From positions 1-50,447 of the IMG/VR virus record IMGVR_UViG_3300046484_000036: a stretch of DNA of 50,447 bases. The stretch is one strand, 5' to 3'. Below the pieces are notes generated by a model. That model ran no database searches and was not told the origin of the DNA. It saw only the letters and a program-made list of their open reading frames with translations. The position numbers and the translations under genes are program-made. Below, in pieces: positions 34,968-43,743 of this stretch; within the stretch, counting starts at the first letter, position 1; each line of letters opens with the position of its first letter. Origin of the DNA: a virus.

Positions 34968-35889
34968 CCGCGCTGTAGTTGACCCCATAACCTGGGGCAT
35001 CATTGGCCTGATCGCATTAGGCGGCTGGGCCTACGTGAAAGTGTTTGAGCCTGGGAGAAATAAAAAAGTCGCTGATCAGATCGCCGTCGCAACCGCCCAG
35101 GCGAACAAGGAAGCCGAGGCAGCGAAACTCTCGGCGATTGACCTTCAGAAATCGGTTCAAGTTATGGTGGACGCCCACGCTCAGGAGACAAAAACTGAAC
35201 AGCAGATGCGCGCCAATGCCGCCGCTTTCAATGGTCAGAATAAAGCTGTACTGTCTGCTGACCCCAACCCGTCACCCTATACTCTGATCGCTATCGGACT
35301 CTGTGACTCCGTAGACCAATCCCTTGGCATCCAATCCACGCCCGAGCAACGTTTGGAATGGAGCAAGCGGGTCATTCCGCTCCTTCAGCATAACGCCGAA
35401 GTGGAAAAGCAACTCGCCGACGAACAGGCTAAAGCCTCGGCTCTTGCCGCCTCTCTGGAAGCCGAACACGCGCATTCAGTAGCTTCTGACGCCCATGGGT
35501 CTACCTTAGCCAGTCAGAACGCCGCAAACGTGGCTACGATAGCCGCAGTGACGGCTCAGGCGGCGAAGTACGGTGCTGAAAATGCTACTTGGGCGAACGG
35601 AGCCGTTACCCTTATGCAGCGGTTCAAGGCCGCTCTGATCGGGATTGGCGTTCTTCTGGTTCTCCTGTTTATCCTGTCCTGGAAGTACCGGGGCAAAGAC
35701 GCTACGCTCCACGATGCCACGGCTATCGCTGAAGACGCCAAAGCCGCCGCCACTGCTCTCGCCAAAGAAGCGGGTGCCGGAATCAGTGAAGCATCCAAGA
35801 AGGCTATGGATGATCTCCATCAATGGTGGGGTGGCGACAACGGTGCAGAGGCCAAGTACAAGCAGATCGTAACCAATCTTCGTAAGTAA
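34873..35889 (+). CDS. Two-TM membrane protein with Ala-rich helical middle (start uncertain; alternative GTG at 34954)
   Basis: TM segments WGIIGLIALGGWAYV and LIGIGVLLVLLFILSW. No enzymatic motif. A holin, spanin or exclusion role is possible but unproven. Confidence 0.5.
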   Translation: MTRRVRLPNSSRNGSKNNLNPKPHPPSVKNNNRAVVDPITWGIIGLIALGGWAYVKVFEPGRNKKVADQIAVATAQANKEAEAAKLSAIDLQKSVQVMVDAHAQETKTEQQMRANAAAFNGQNKAVLSADPNPSPYTLIAIGLCDSVDQSLGIQSTPEQRLEWSKRVIPLLQHNAEVEKQLADEQAKASALAASLEAEHAHSVASDAHGSTLASQNAANVATIAAVTAQAAKYGAENATWANGAVTLMQRFKAALIGIGVLLVLLFILSWKYRGKDATLHDATAIAEDAKAAATALAKEAGAGISEASKKAMDDLHQWWGGDNGAEAKYKQIVTNLRK

Positions 35890-35910
35890 AACTTAACCTT
35901 GCATATCCCT

Positions 35911-36282
35911 ATGTCCTCCAGCCCCAGCAACGATCCATTCCCGGATGTAGACAGCCGTCACGGACCCTCGCGGGATGTGCTGGTCGTTTACATGCGCCAA
36001 TTACGCGATGGGTTCAAAGACCTATCAACCGAACTTAAAGATCATCGCGAGAACACGTCGAAGGCCTTGGAGGAAATCCGCATTAATATCGCCCGACTCC
36101 CTATAGGCTGTGCCCGCGCAGACCAATGTGAGAGTATGTGGAAAGAGGTAGACGCTCTCCGACTCGAAAAGGCGACGCAGAAGGGCGCGATTTTAGGTGG
36201 TAAGATTGTATTCGGTATGGTCAGCGGGGTGGTAAGTGCTATCTTTACCTTGGCGGTGGCGTACTTCACGCTCCGCAAATAA
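35911..36282 (+). CDS. C-terminally membrane-anchored coiled-coil protein (123 aa)
   Basis: ATG at 35911 (the track used TTG at 35899). The C-terminal TM is ILGGKIVFGMVSGVVSAIFTLAVAYF. Confidence 0.5.
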   Translation: MSSSPSNDPFPDVDSRHGPSRDVLVVYMRQLRDGFKDLSTELKDHRENTSKALEEIRINIARLPIGCARADQCESMWKEVDALRLEKATQKGAILGGKIVFGMVSGVVSAIFTLAVAYFTLRK

Positions 36283-36285
36283 TTT

Positions 36286-36309
36286 CCGAAGGGTAGGGGT
36301 GCCCTTCGG
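36286..36309. terminator. Hairpin at the convergence point of the rightward head block and the leftward replication block
   Basis: ccgaaggg (36286-36293) pairs with cccttcgg (36302-36309), with weak U-tracts on both sides. A second hairpin, tcgccccc (36322-36329) with gggggcga (36351-36358), overlaps the SNF2 gene stop. Confidence 0.45.
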
Positions 36310-36339
36310 TTGCATAAGAGGTCGCCCCCTGGTTGAGCT

Positions 36340-37740
36340 TTATGTTCCTGGGGGGCGATTTCTTGCCTGCAACTCTTTCAGGAGGCGATTATATTCCCGA
36401 GTGTCCGTCTCTCGGCGGCTCAGGACCTTAATTACGTCTTGGTCTATGGTGTCCTTGGCGATAATCCGGTAGATCGTGACAGTTTTCGTCTGCCCTCGTC
36501 GGGACAACCGACCATTCATCTGGAGGTACAGTTCGCGTGACCACGGGGGCGAGAACCAGATCACCGTGTTGCCTCCGCTCTGGAGGTTCAACCCGTGACC
36601 GATAGACGCTGGATGGGCAAGCAGGACTTTCACTTCACCTGTGTTCCACTGACGTAGGAGGGCTTGTTGCTCGGCTTTCGTCTGATCCGGGTCGATGTAG
36701 CGCACCTCGGGGATTTCCTGCCGGATCGCAGCGATGAAGTGACGATACTCGCACGCCACAAGCGCGTTGCCCGGCAGCCCGGCGATTAGTTTCTTCAAGG
36801 CTTTCACCTTCTCCCAGTGTGTAAGCCGGGCCTTACCCAGTTCGTCGTAGACAGAACCACCAGCGTACTGGCGCAACTTATTCACGAGCACCCCGGAGGA
36901 GGCAGCCGAGACCGTGACTTTTCCTTCATCTAATTGTAGAAGGAAGTCTTTTTCCAGTTCATCGTATTCCTCCTGCACGAGTAGCGGAAGCTCAACGGTA
37001 ATATCCACTTCCTCTGGCTCCCCTATTACATTTGCTTCTTCACGGGTGATGGTCAGCGCGAGATCAGAGACCTTGGCTAAAATCTCGTTCTTCTCCGCCT
37101 CCCCCTTCAGTACCCAGTTAAATTTCATGTAGTCGGTTGCTTTGAAGTACCGCTCACGAAATTGGTAGAAACTTTTCCCTAACCTCTTCCCATCGTCAAG
37201 CACCTTGACCTGCATGAAAATCTCCTGAAGATCGTTGGGGTACGCCTCTCCGGTCAGCCCCCAACGATGGGAGAAGCGCGACAGATGGGGCATCAGCGAT
37301 TTAATCCGCGTGCCTTTCGGATTCTTCACCATCGTACTCTCGTCGAAAACCAGCAGATCAAAAGGAAAAGCGCCGCTACGATCAAAAAGCTGTTCGGCGA
37401 GTTTAGGTAGTTGTTCATAGTTCGTAGTGAAAATCTCCGCATCGGTCCGCTTCACGGCAGCCAGATCCACGTCACGCAGATTCTTTACCCGAAGGTGTTT
37501 CGTATGCGCCCACTTCTTAATCTCGTCCGGCCAACTCATGGTGGACACCCGTATCGGTGCGACCACCAGCGCAGTTTCCACTTCACCCAGTACCCTGAGA
37601 CCTTCGAATGCCGTCAGCGCGGTGACGGTTTTGCCCACGCCTACGCCAAACCAGATGGCGGCTTGCGGACGCCCCATCAGCCACTCTATGCCGCGGGTGT
37701 TCGAGTCGTCGGGGGTGAAGATCACAACTTCGGTGAGCAA
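36340..37740 (-). CDS. SNF2-family helicase
   Basis: GVGVGKT (motif I), LLVFDESTMVKN (DExx box), LLAHPASIGHGLNLQ and QMNGRLSRRGQ (motifs V/VI). Confidence 0.85.
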   Translation of the reverse strand: MLTEVVIFTPDDSNTRGIEWLMGRPQAAIWFGVGVGKTVTALTAFEGLRVLGEVETALVVAPIRVSTMSWPDEIKKWAHTKHLRVKNLRDVDLAAVKRTDAEIFTTNYEQLPKLAEQLFDRSGAFPFDLLVFDESTMVKNPKGTRIKSLMPHLSRFSHRWGLTGEAYPNDLQEIFMQVKVLDDGKRLGKSFYQFRERYFKATDYMKFNWVLKGEAEKNEILAKVSDLALTITREEANVIGEPEEVDITVELPLLVQEEYDELEKDFLLQLDEGKVTVSAASSGVLVNKLRQYAGGSVYDELGKARLTHWEKVKALKKLIAGLPGNALVACEYRHFIAAIRQEIPEVRYIDPDQTKAEQQALLRQWNTGEVKVLLAHPASIGHGLNLQSGGNTVIWFSPPWSRELYLQMNGRLSRRGQTKTVTIYRIIAKDTIDQDVIKVLSRRETDTREYNRLLKELQARNRPPGT

Positions 37741-38009
37741 AGCCCATCGATAAAGGCGACGGCCAGATCGTAATTACTCGTCCACAGCGCGCCGACTTTC
37801 CGTTCGCGCAGTTGGACCATGCGATACTCCTGAATCGCTCTCGGCTTCTGCCCCGGCGCTTTGACTTCAAGGAAAGCTACCTCGCCATCGGGCGTGATAA
37901 TAATCCGATCTGGAACGCCCTTGGTGCCTGGCGCGACGAACTTCCAGAAGAAGCAACCCTTCGACTCGGCGTACTTTTTGATACTTTGCTCTAAAGTGGA
38001 TTCACGCAT
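37722..38009 (-). CDS. VRR-NUC domain nuclease
   Basis: GVPDRIIITPDGEVAFLEVKAPGQKPRAIQ carries the PD...(D/E)xK core followed by Q, typical of VRR-NUC. Confidence 0.8.
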   Translation of the reverse strand: MRESTLEQSIKKYAESKGCFFWKFVAPGTKGVPDRIIITPDGEVAFLEVKAPGQKPRAIQEYRMVQLRERKVGALWTSNYDLAVAFIDGLCSPKL

Positions 38010-38250
38010 TGGGATTCACTCCGATGGATTTGAGGTACTCGTCTTTCTTCAACTGGAATAGCCGGGTGACGAGCATCCGAAGCAGATCTTCACGCCGTTT
38101 GCCGTCCTGTTCCCTATCGATCAGGACCATCAGCTCGACTTGCGAGCGTGGCTTCTGTAGGTGGTAGAAGAGTGTGACGTACCCGGCAAGCGGGTTGGTC
38201 TTCGGTTTGGCCTTCGGTTTGGCCTTCGGGCCGGGGGGTTTGGTGCGCAT
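38002..38250 (-). CDS. Hypothetical protein (82 aa)
   Basis: Track ORF with a KAKPKAKPK basic N-terminus. Overlaps the VRR-NUC start by 8 nt. Confidence 0.5.
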   Translation of the reverse strand: MRTKPPGPKAKPKAKPKTNPLAGYVTLFYHLQKPRSQVELMVLIDREQDGKRREDLLRMLVTRLFQLKKDEYLKSIGVNPNA

Positions 38251-38281
38251 AGGTGGGATAGTGAATTTCTATTTTTTAATA

Positions 38282-38587
38282 TCAACTATAAAATTCTTCC
38301 CGCCCACCTTTAACCGCGAGTGGCAGTCCGTCAGCCCAGGGGGGCATCTGTACCATGCACTGCTTGAGCAGTTCGTCCCCTCTACGGTTCGGATCGCGGG
38401 CGAGCATTTGATCGTGTGCCAGTATCTCGGGCTCGAATCCTTCAGCCGTGGCGCGAATCAACCCGTAAGCTATTACGTCCGCCCCGATGCCCTGACAGCA
38501 GTTGGAAACCAGCATTGGTATGCCCGTCTTCCCTCGCACGAGAAACCGGTGTTTAGGCCCAGCGTTTTTTAGATCGTACACTTTCAT
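38282..38587 (-). CDS. DNA polymerase (family A) C-terminal fragment: 29-aa C-intein plus 72-aa C-extein
   Basis: Internal ATG at 38587 (ATGA overlap with the endonuclease stop). MKVYDLKNAGPKHRFLVRGKTGIPMLVSN|CCQGIGADVIAYGLIRATAEGFEPEILAHDQML shows intein blocks F/G ending in Asn, a +1 Cys, then the Q-G-x-x-A-D region and the motif C-like HD. Confidence 0.8.
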   Translation of the reverse strand: MKVYDLKNAGPKHRFLVRGKTGIPMLVSNCCQGIGADVIAYGLIRATAEGFEPEILAHDQMLARDPNRRGDELLKQCMVQMPPWADGLPLAVKGGREEFYS

Positions 38588-39473
38588 CGTTTGAATTTGT
38601 TCGCTAAATTTGGGGTATCGAAAAGGTGGCGACGGGGCACTTTGGCGTATATCCGGTACCACAAAGTTTGTACTCGTATACCACTTGCTCTTGACGCCTG
38701 AGAGACAGTTAGCCGACCCCACGGGGTAATCAGAAAATAGTTATTCCTACAGTTGTTTGCTTGGATTCTACGTGTGGCCCATCGGCAATTACTTTTAGTG
38801 TAGTTCCCGTTGTTATCCTCCCTATCGAGGGAAAGACCGGCCCTATATGTACCGCCCATGTCGGCCCAAAAATTCTCGAATTTACCCCACCGTCTACATA
38901 CTCGTATGCCTCTACCGCCATAGCCACTCCAAGCGTGGTGACTAGGTAGCCGACACCTATCTGTCATAGCCCTCCACACAGTATACCCAGGATGAGAGGA
39001 CATACCGTGTTTGGTGTTCTTAGCCCCTATAAGTTTATTTCGGAGACAGCCGCAACTCTGATACGTCCCGCGTTTCAGTTCTCTCCCGTCTACCACTTTG
39101 GTTTTTCCACAACTGCATAGGCAGTTCCACAGTGACCGGCCATCTTTATCGTTTCCGGCGTCCGCTATCACAGTGAGTGTGAAGAACTTTTGTCCTAATA
39201 GATCTAATCTAGGTTTCGGCACGACTGGTATCCTCGTTTAGCCACATCCGTAGGGCAAGCTTTTTTGGCGGGTAAATCCTCGATCAATCCAAAGACCTTA
39301 TGCTCCGGCGTTAAGTGGACCCCGTTCAGTTCTATGGTGGCCTGCTCACCTTGAAAAAGTAGACCTTCGTGCGACACCCATTTCTCACCGTCCCAAACTC
39401 TATCTGAGGTATCCACTGTTTCGATACGTTTCCAGCCTTTGTCGGTGAGAACCTCAGTACCCTCGCCAATGCA
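38501..39473 (-). mobile_element. Split intein (N-half 39207-39473, C-half 38501-38587) with its intervening endonuclease gene
   Basis: Cys1 codon tgc at 39473-39471 follows ...GGKLLEN. Block A is CIGEGTEVLTDKGWKRIETV. Block B is GVHLTPEHKVF. The C-half ends ...MLVSN, followed by Cys. Confidence 0.75.
38584..39222 (-). CDS. Free-standing Cys-rich endonuclease-like protein inside the split-intein locus (candidate homing endonuclease)
   Basis: 212 aa. Zn-ribbon-like CLCSCGKTKVV...SCGC, then HGMSSHPGYTVWRAMTDRC...YGGRGIRVCRRW...LSLDREDNNGNYTKSNCRWAT. This pattern is often annotated as phage HNH-type endonuclease (family assignment from memory only). Confidence 0.6.
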   Translation of the reverse strand: MPKPRLDLLGQKFFTLTVIADAGNDKDGRSLWNCLCSCGKTKVVDGRELKRGTYQSCGCLRNKLIGAKNTKHGMSSHPGYTVWRAMTDRCRLPSHHAWSGYGGRGIRVCRRWGKFENFWADMGGTYRAGLSLDREDNNGNYTKSNCRWATRRIQANNCRNNYFLITPWGRLTVSQASRASGIRVQTLWYRIYAKVPRRHLFDTPNLANKFKR

Positions 39474-41258
39474 GTTCTCCAGCAGCTTGCCGCCATATGT
39501 AGGGATGCGACCGAAGAAGGATTTGCCAGGGATCTGACCCCAGAAGGAAAGTTCGTCGGTAAAGTCCCCGAAGGACTCTTTGAAGATGTGTTTAATTTCT
39601 GGATACGGATAGACAATGCCCCGCCCTGAGGGCAGTTTCATCACGAGATATGGGATGCCTGAAATGGTCTGGACGATAAAGCGAAGGCGTTTTGCCGTGA
39701 ACCACTGACCGGGGCAGCGTACCGCATCTTTCGCGGCGCGGTCGATCTGGTTCCAGCTCTCCTTCACTTTACCGAATCGAAGACGAAAAGCGGCTATGCC
39801 CGCCTTCGATGCCTCTAAGGTCACGACCATCTTATATGTCTCGGTAAGCATGGTGAAAAACTTGTCTCCACCGACCTGATACTGCCCGGCCAAAATAGAT
39901 TGCTTCCCAAGCATGTAATCCGGCGACTTGTCTTTTATGCCCTCCGCCTTGGTTCGGCAAATGCCTGCCGCCATATTGCGGTACACGTCCACTCCGTCAG
40001 CAAAGTCCTTCAGGATGTCGTCCTGGTGGCAGACCCAACAACATATACGAGCTTCTTCCGCTGAGTAATCATAGTCCCAGAATGGGCCACGGATAAACCG
40101 GCGTATCAGCTTGGCGGCAAGCTCGGAGGGTCCGCCGAACAGCGTCGGGAACGCCTCCAGGTCGAAAGTGGGGTTCTGGAAATAGTCGTACACGTCATCC
40201 GGCACTTTCTCCGCCCCATTGTTCTTCTTGAAGTTCTGAGGCTGCACGGCACGCCCCGACCAGCGCCCGCTCCGGGCACCGTAGAATTGGAATACCCCAT
40301 GCACACGCCCATCAGCGCACGCCATAGCGCGCATAGAGGTCACCTTTTTTGCCGCTGAGTATTGGAGTTGTGAATACAAGCGCAGCAGTTCAGCCGGTTC
40401 GCCGGTAGCCGTTTTGAGGGTTTCCGCTACCGTGTCGGCAGTCATGTCCGGTAAGTCCAACCCCAGTTCTTTTAACTTCCCTTTTACGGCATCCCGTTGA
40501 GTAGGGTTGCATTTTGCACGAGAAAAAAACTCTTCCCGCAATCCGGCTGTCTCGGCTTCGATCAACCTGGAAGCGGTCTCCAGCGCGGGCAGGTCAACTG
40601 CAAACCCCCGCAGGTTCATCAGCCAGTCTGCCTGAAACGCCGCCAGCAGATCGCCCTTAAACTCGAAAGGCTTGAGGCGGGCGTGCGCTTCCTGCTCTGC
40701 GAGTACGTCTGTCCGGTTGTAGGAAACGAAATCCAGCCACTTATCGGGCTCGTCCTTCGGATATACCCGGCGTGCGGGCTGTGGGGCTTCCCCGCGTTTC
40801 TTTCGCGGGGTGTAGGGCATACAGAACAGCTTGATAAGCGCGCTGCCCTTGGCGTCCTTCTTGTTCTTCAGGTCTAGAGCGTCGGAGAGCTTGGCCAGCG
40901 AGTCCGGCAGCGCGGCCCGGCGCGCCAGGGCTTGCGTACAGCGCCACTGATGAGGCTGCGGCGGCGGGAGTCCAAGGTCTTTCAGCGCCCGTGCATTCGT
41001 GATGAACGCCTCGAACATAAAACTGAAGGCATAGATGATGCTCTCAGGGTTAGTGAACGCCTCGGTTAGCAGTTCTACCGCTTTCGGATCAGCCGGGTGG
41101 CCGGTCACACGCGGGTTCTCCCAGACGAAGACTATGCCGTCGTCGCCAGCAATCGCGGCGAGCAGGATCTCGGTAGACGGATCTTCCGCATACCGGGCCG
41201 CGCCGACCTCCTCAAGGTCAGCTTCAGAGAACGTCTCGTAATCGAGGGAGAAGATCAT
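39204..41258 (-). CDS. DNA polymerase (family A) N-terminal fragment: 3'-5' exonuclease, palm/fingers through motif B, plus 89-aa N-intein
   Basis: Exo I MIFSLDYETFSE. Motif A-like WDYDYSAEEARI. Motif B-like LGKQSILAGQYQVGG. It then switches at GGKLLEN to the intein sequence and stops. Confidence 0.85.
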   Translation of the reverse strand: MIFSLDYETFSEADLEEVGAARYAEDPSTEILLAAIAGDDGIVFVWENPRVTGHPADPKAVELLTEAFTNPESIIYAFSFMFEAFITNARALKDLGLPPPQPHQWRCTQALARRAALPDSLAKLSDALDLKNKKDAKGSALIKLFCMPYTPRKKRGEAPQPARRVYPKDEPDKWLDFVSYNRTDVLAEQEAHARLKPFEFKGDLLAAFQADWLMNLRGFAVDLPALETASRLIEAETAGLREEFFSRAKCNPTQRDAVKGKLKELGLDLPDMTADTVAETLKTATGEPAELLRLYSQLQYSAAKKVTSMRAMACADGRVHGVFQFYGARSGRWSGRAVQPQNFKKNNGAEKVPDDVYDYFQNPTFDLEAFPTLFGGPSELAAKLIRRFIRGPFWDYDYSAEEARICCWVCHQDDILKDFADGVDVYRNMAAGICRTKAEGIKDKSPDYMLGKQSILAGQYQVGGDKFFTMLTETYKMVVTLEASKAGIAAFRLRFGKVKESWNQIDRAAKDAVRCPGQWFTAKRLRFIVQTISGIPYLVMKLPSGRGIVYPYPEIKHIFKESFGDFTDELSFWGQIPGKSFFGRIPTYGGKLLENCIGEGTEVLTDKGWKRIETVDTSDRVWDGEKWVSHEGLLFQGEQATIELNGVHLTPEHKVFGLIEDLPAKKACPTDVAKRGYQSCRNLD

Positions 41259-41569
41259 GGGCGAAAACGGAGGGGTAAATTCCTGGGGCCAGAAGTTCTG
41301 AAGACCGAGCCATTCGCAACTAGATCAAACTGATCGGTTCGCCCTTCCGTAGATCGTCTGACCTGCCACTGTGTTTCACCAGTAGCGGCATAGGTGCAGC
41401 CTTCACGGACGAGCTGACCGCGTGCGTCGTCGAGTGCACGCTTGCGAAGTGTGTCGGCGTCGGGCCCGCGCTCTATGCTCTTCTGTTGCTGTACTGCGTT
41501 TGACCGTCTTGCGTATTCCTGCGCAAGGGCACGGCGCTGACTTTTAGGTACTCTGTAAAGTGCTTGCAT
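41255..41569 (-). CDS. Hypothetical protein (104 aa)
   Basis: Track ORF with a 4-nt overlap on the polymerase start. Confidence 0.5.
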   Translation of the reverse strand: MQALYRVPKSQRRALAQEYARRSNAVQQQKSIERGPDADTLRKRALDDARGQLVREGCTYAATGETQWQVRRSTEGRTDQFDLVANGSVFRTSGPRNLPLRFRP

Positions 41570-41572
41570 AAG

Positions 41573-42448
41573 TTATGCTTTCGGGTCGCGAATAGTGATA
41601 TCCGCCTTGTTGGGCGAAGCAAAGAGGTCGTCCTGCGCCTGCTTGATGCGTTCGACTGCTTGGGCGAAGTGGCGCGGGTCTTTCTCTATGCCGATGAATG
41701 TCCGGCCTGCCCGCACGCACGCAATGCCGGTTGACCCGCTGCCCATGAACGGATCAAGAACCCCTTCTTTAGTCGTGGCCTCCAGCACGTTGCTCGGCAG
41801 CGCCACCGGGAATGGTGCGGGGTGCTGATTTCTCTCTGGCGTCATGCGCCACACGTCACCAAGCCCGCTCACGCCTTTTGATTTCAGGCGGAAGGCTGGC
41901 TTTGCCAGCAGCATTATCCATTCGTGCGTGGGCACGAATGCCGTGGGGTTATAGTTTATCCCACCCGGACGCGCCCACACGATGATTTGGCGCAGCACCA
42001 CGGGCCCCGGAATCAATTCGAGCGGAGTCCAGAGCTTCGCGCCGATTACGCGAGGCTTATGGTTATAGAAAATCGCTCCGTCATCTGGCAGTCTATCCCA
42101 CAACATACCGAGCAGTGAGTGCTGCCATGCTACATAGTCAGCCCACGGCATCGAATCATCATGCATTCCATACTGTATTCCAGCCCCAGCATCCGATCCG
42201 TTTTTCCACTTGCTTTTCCCGCCGGCGGAATTACCCGGCTTCCAGTTTCCTAGGTGTGGCCACGGCTCACCTCCCTTGTTGTACGGCGGTGAGGTTATGA
42301 CCAGCCCGAACCTATCGAGCGTCGGTATTATATCCATGCAGTCCGCATTGTAGAGCGTGCAGTTACCGGACACCCAACCAGGCGCCACAGCACAATGACC
42401 ATGCACGGACGTTTCTGCGAGAGCTGGAGTCGGGGAGAGCATGGTCAT
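41573..42448 (-). CDS. DNA methyltransferase (beta-class amino-MTase, N4-C or N6-A)
   Basis: Motif IV VITSPPYNKGG precedes motif I DPFMGSGSTGIAC. No cognate restriction gene is seen. Confidence 0.85.
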   Translation of the reverse strand: MTMLSPTPALAETSVHGHCAVAPGWVSGNCTLYNADCMDIIPTLDRFGLVITSPPYNKGGEPWPHLGNWKPGNSAGGKSKWKNGSDAGAGIQYGMHDDSMPWADYVAWQHSLLGMLWDRLPDDGAIFYNHKPRVIGAKLWTPLELIPGPVVLRQIIVWARPGGINYNPTAFVPTHEWIMLLAKPAFRLKSKGVSGLGDVWRMTPERNQHPAPFPVALPSNVLEATTKEGVLDPFMGSGSTGIACVRAGRTFIGIEKDPRHFAQAVERIKQAQDDLFASPNKADITIRDPKA

Positions 42449-42627
42449 GGCTGATCTGTTTTGATTGAGTCATTCATGGTGTGTGTCGCCTATCGAGTTA
42501 GACGAAAAATACCCCCATGCCGCCGTGGTAATTATACCGTTACATTTTCACTACGGACGCTGCCCCTTTGCAGGGCTGGCCATGTGCTCGGGCGTCAGCC
42601 GTAACGGCGTGGAGGTATAGGTGTTGG

Positions 42628-42846
42628 TTAGCCCTGATTGGACTCCAGATCGTTGATCTGTTTCGTCAGGTCGTTGATCTCAGATTTGAGACCGCCAATC
42701 TCGTCCTCTCGTTCGGAGATGGTGCCCTTGGCTTCGGTAAGTTCAGAGTCCAGTTGTTCGATGATGGCGACAAGATTACTTACGTGATCCAAACTTTGTG
42801 CCGCCTCGATCTCTTTGTCCTGGGCGGCAGTGGTATTATCGTACAT
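42628..42846 (-). CDS. Small coiled-coil protein (72 aa)
   Basis: Heptad-rich. The C-terminal SEINDLTKQINDLESN resembles ENDNLAQQIDELKN of 49908..50138. Confidence 0.5.
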   Translation of the reverse strand: MYDNTTAAQDKEIEAAQSLDHVSNLVAIIEQLDSELTEAKGTISEREDEIGGLKSEINDLTKQINDLESNQG

Positions 42847-42895
42847 AAAAAGGGTACCTCAGATTACGCACTGAGGCGCTGCGGATTGGTGTTAG

Positions 42896-43489
42896 TTAGT
42901 CGAGTACGCTTGTGTCAGCCGGGACTTCGGAGAAGTCATCAGCAGACGCCTTCGCGGCTTTAGTGAACGTCGGGCCGACCTTCACAAGCTGGCAGCCAAG
43001 AAAGGTCGCGTTGATGCGACGGCCCCAGGAGGCGTCGAACTTGGCGTTGAGCTTCGGATCTTGCACCCAAATGTCCAGAAGGACATTATAGAAATATCCA
43101 CTTTGGATGCGATCCTGGTCTTCCACGGTGAGTTGGACCTTCTGCTGGTCGTATATAGCCGGAGCCGTTTTGTTTGTCGAAGGCACAAACATAACCTCGG
43201 GACCGTAGCCATCCATGGCGCTGCCATCGTCTTTCTCGTAGTCAGACCCCTCTCTCAAACAGGATTTGAAATCCTTCGGGATCGTTTTGCCCTTAGCGGT
43301 GTACGTTTCCGCTAGGAGCTTCTTGATGGTCTCTTCGACCAACTTGATGTCCGCCGCGTTGTTCTTTTTAGACAGTATCGAGGTGAACCTAAATTTAAGA
43401 ACCGCTTTCGACGGGTCTTTTTCGCCACCAGCTGTAGGGGTAAAGCAAGCCAGGAACGAACCTCTGACGTTAGACAATTTACATTTCAT
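42896..43489 (-). CDS. Phage ssDNA-binding protein (DUF2815-like)
   Basis: MKCKLSNVRGSFLACFTP N-terminus and acidic C-terminal tail DDFSEVPADTSVLD. It sits between the DUF2800-like nuclease and the polymerase, as in the known DUF2800-DUF2815-PolA module. Confidence 0.6.
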   Translation of the reverse strand: MKCKLSNVRGSFLACFTPTAGGEKDPSKAVLKFRFTSILSKKNNAADIKLVEETIKKLLAETYTAKGKTIPKDFKSCLREGSDYEKDDGSAMDGYGPEVMFVPSTNKTAPAIYDQQKVQLTVEDQDRIQSGYFYNVLLDIWVQDPKLNAKFDASWGRRINATFLGCQLVKVGPTFTKAAKASADDFSEVPADTSVLD

Positions 43490-43743
43490 GATATTTTCGG
43501 ATTTTGGATTTTATTGTTGGTTTGGTTTATTCTGCCTCGGAGGAGGCAGAAAGTGATCTACTACAGAGCAGCATGGAAACCCTCGGTTGGGGTGTTAGCG
43601 ACCCCTCGTTCGGCTTAGAGTTGCGGCGGAGGGTGGCATACGATCCCCCTCTTATTCGTCTCATGGGCCAAGCCCGTCGGATTCGAGGTCCTACTTTACG
43701 GGCGTTTATATTGTGGGTTTGCAATGTCGAAAGGCTACCGCCC

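Noticed and set aside
38282-39473. Reading the locus as one contiguous intein with an internal homing-endonuclease domain broken by sequencing frameshifts
   Set aside because: The middle ORF has its own ATG overlapping the N-half stop. The C-half has its own ATG exactly 29 aa before the splice junction, coupled by ATGA. Both intein halves have sizes typical of natural split inteins. This still needs read-level confirmation, so it is listed as a refutation test in the finding.
43490-43743. 65-aa ORF 43527..43724 (-) and the hairpin tctgcctc/gaggcaga in the gap upstream of the SSB gene
   Set aside because: The ORF is extremely Arg-rich with no coupling to its neighbours. The hairpin lacks a U-tract on either strand, so I could not call a terminator. 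The gap probably holds a promoter that I cannot define.
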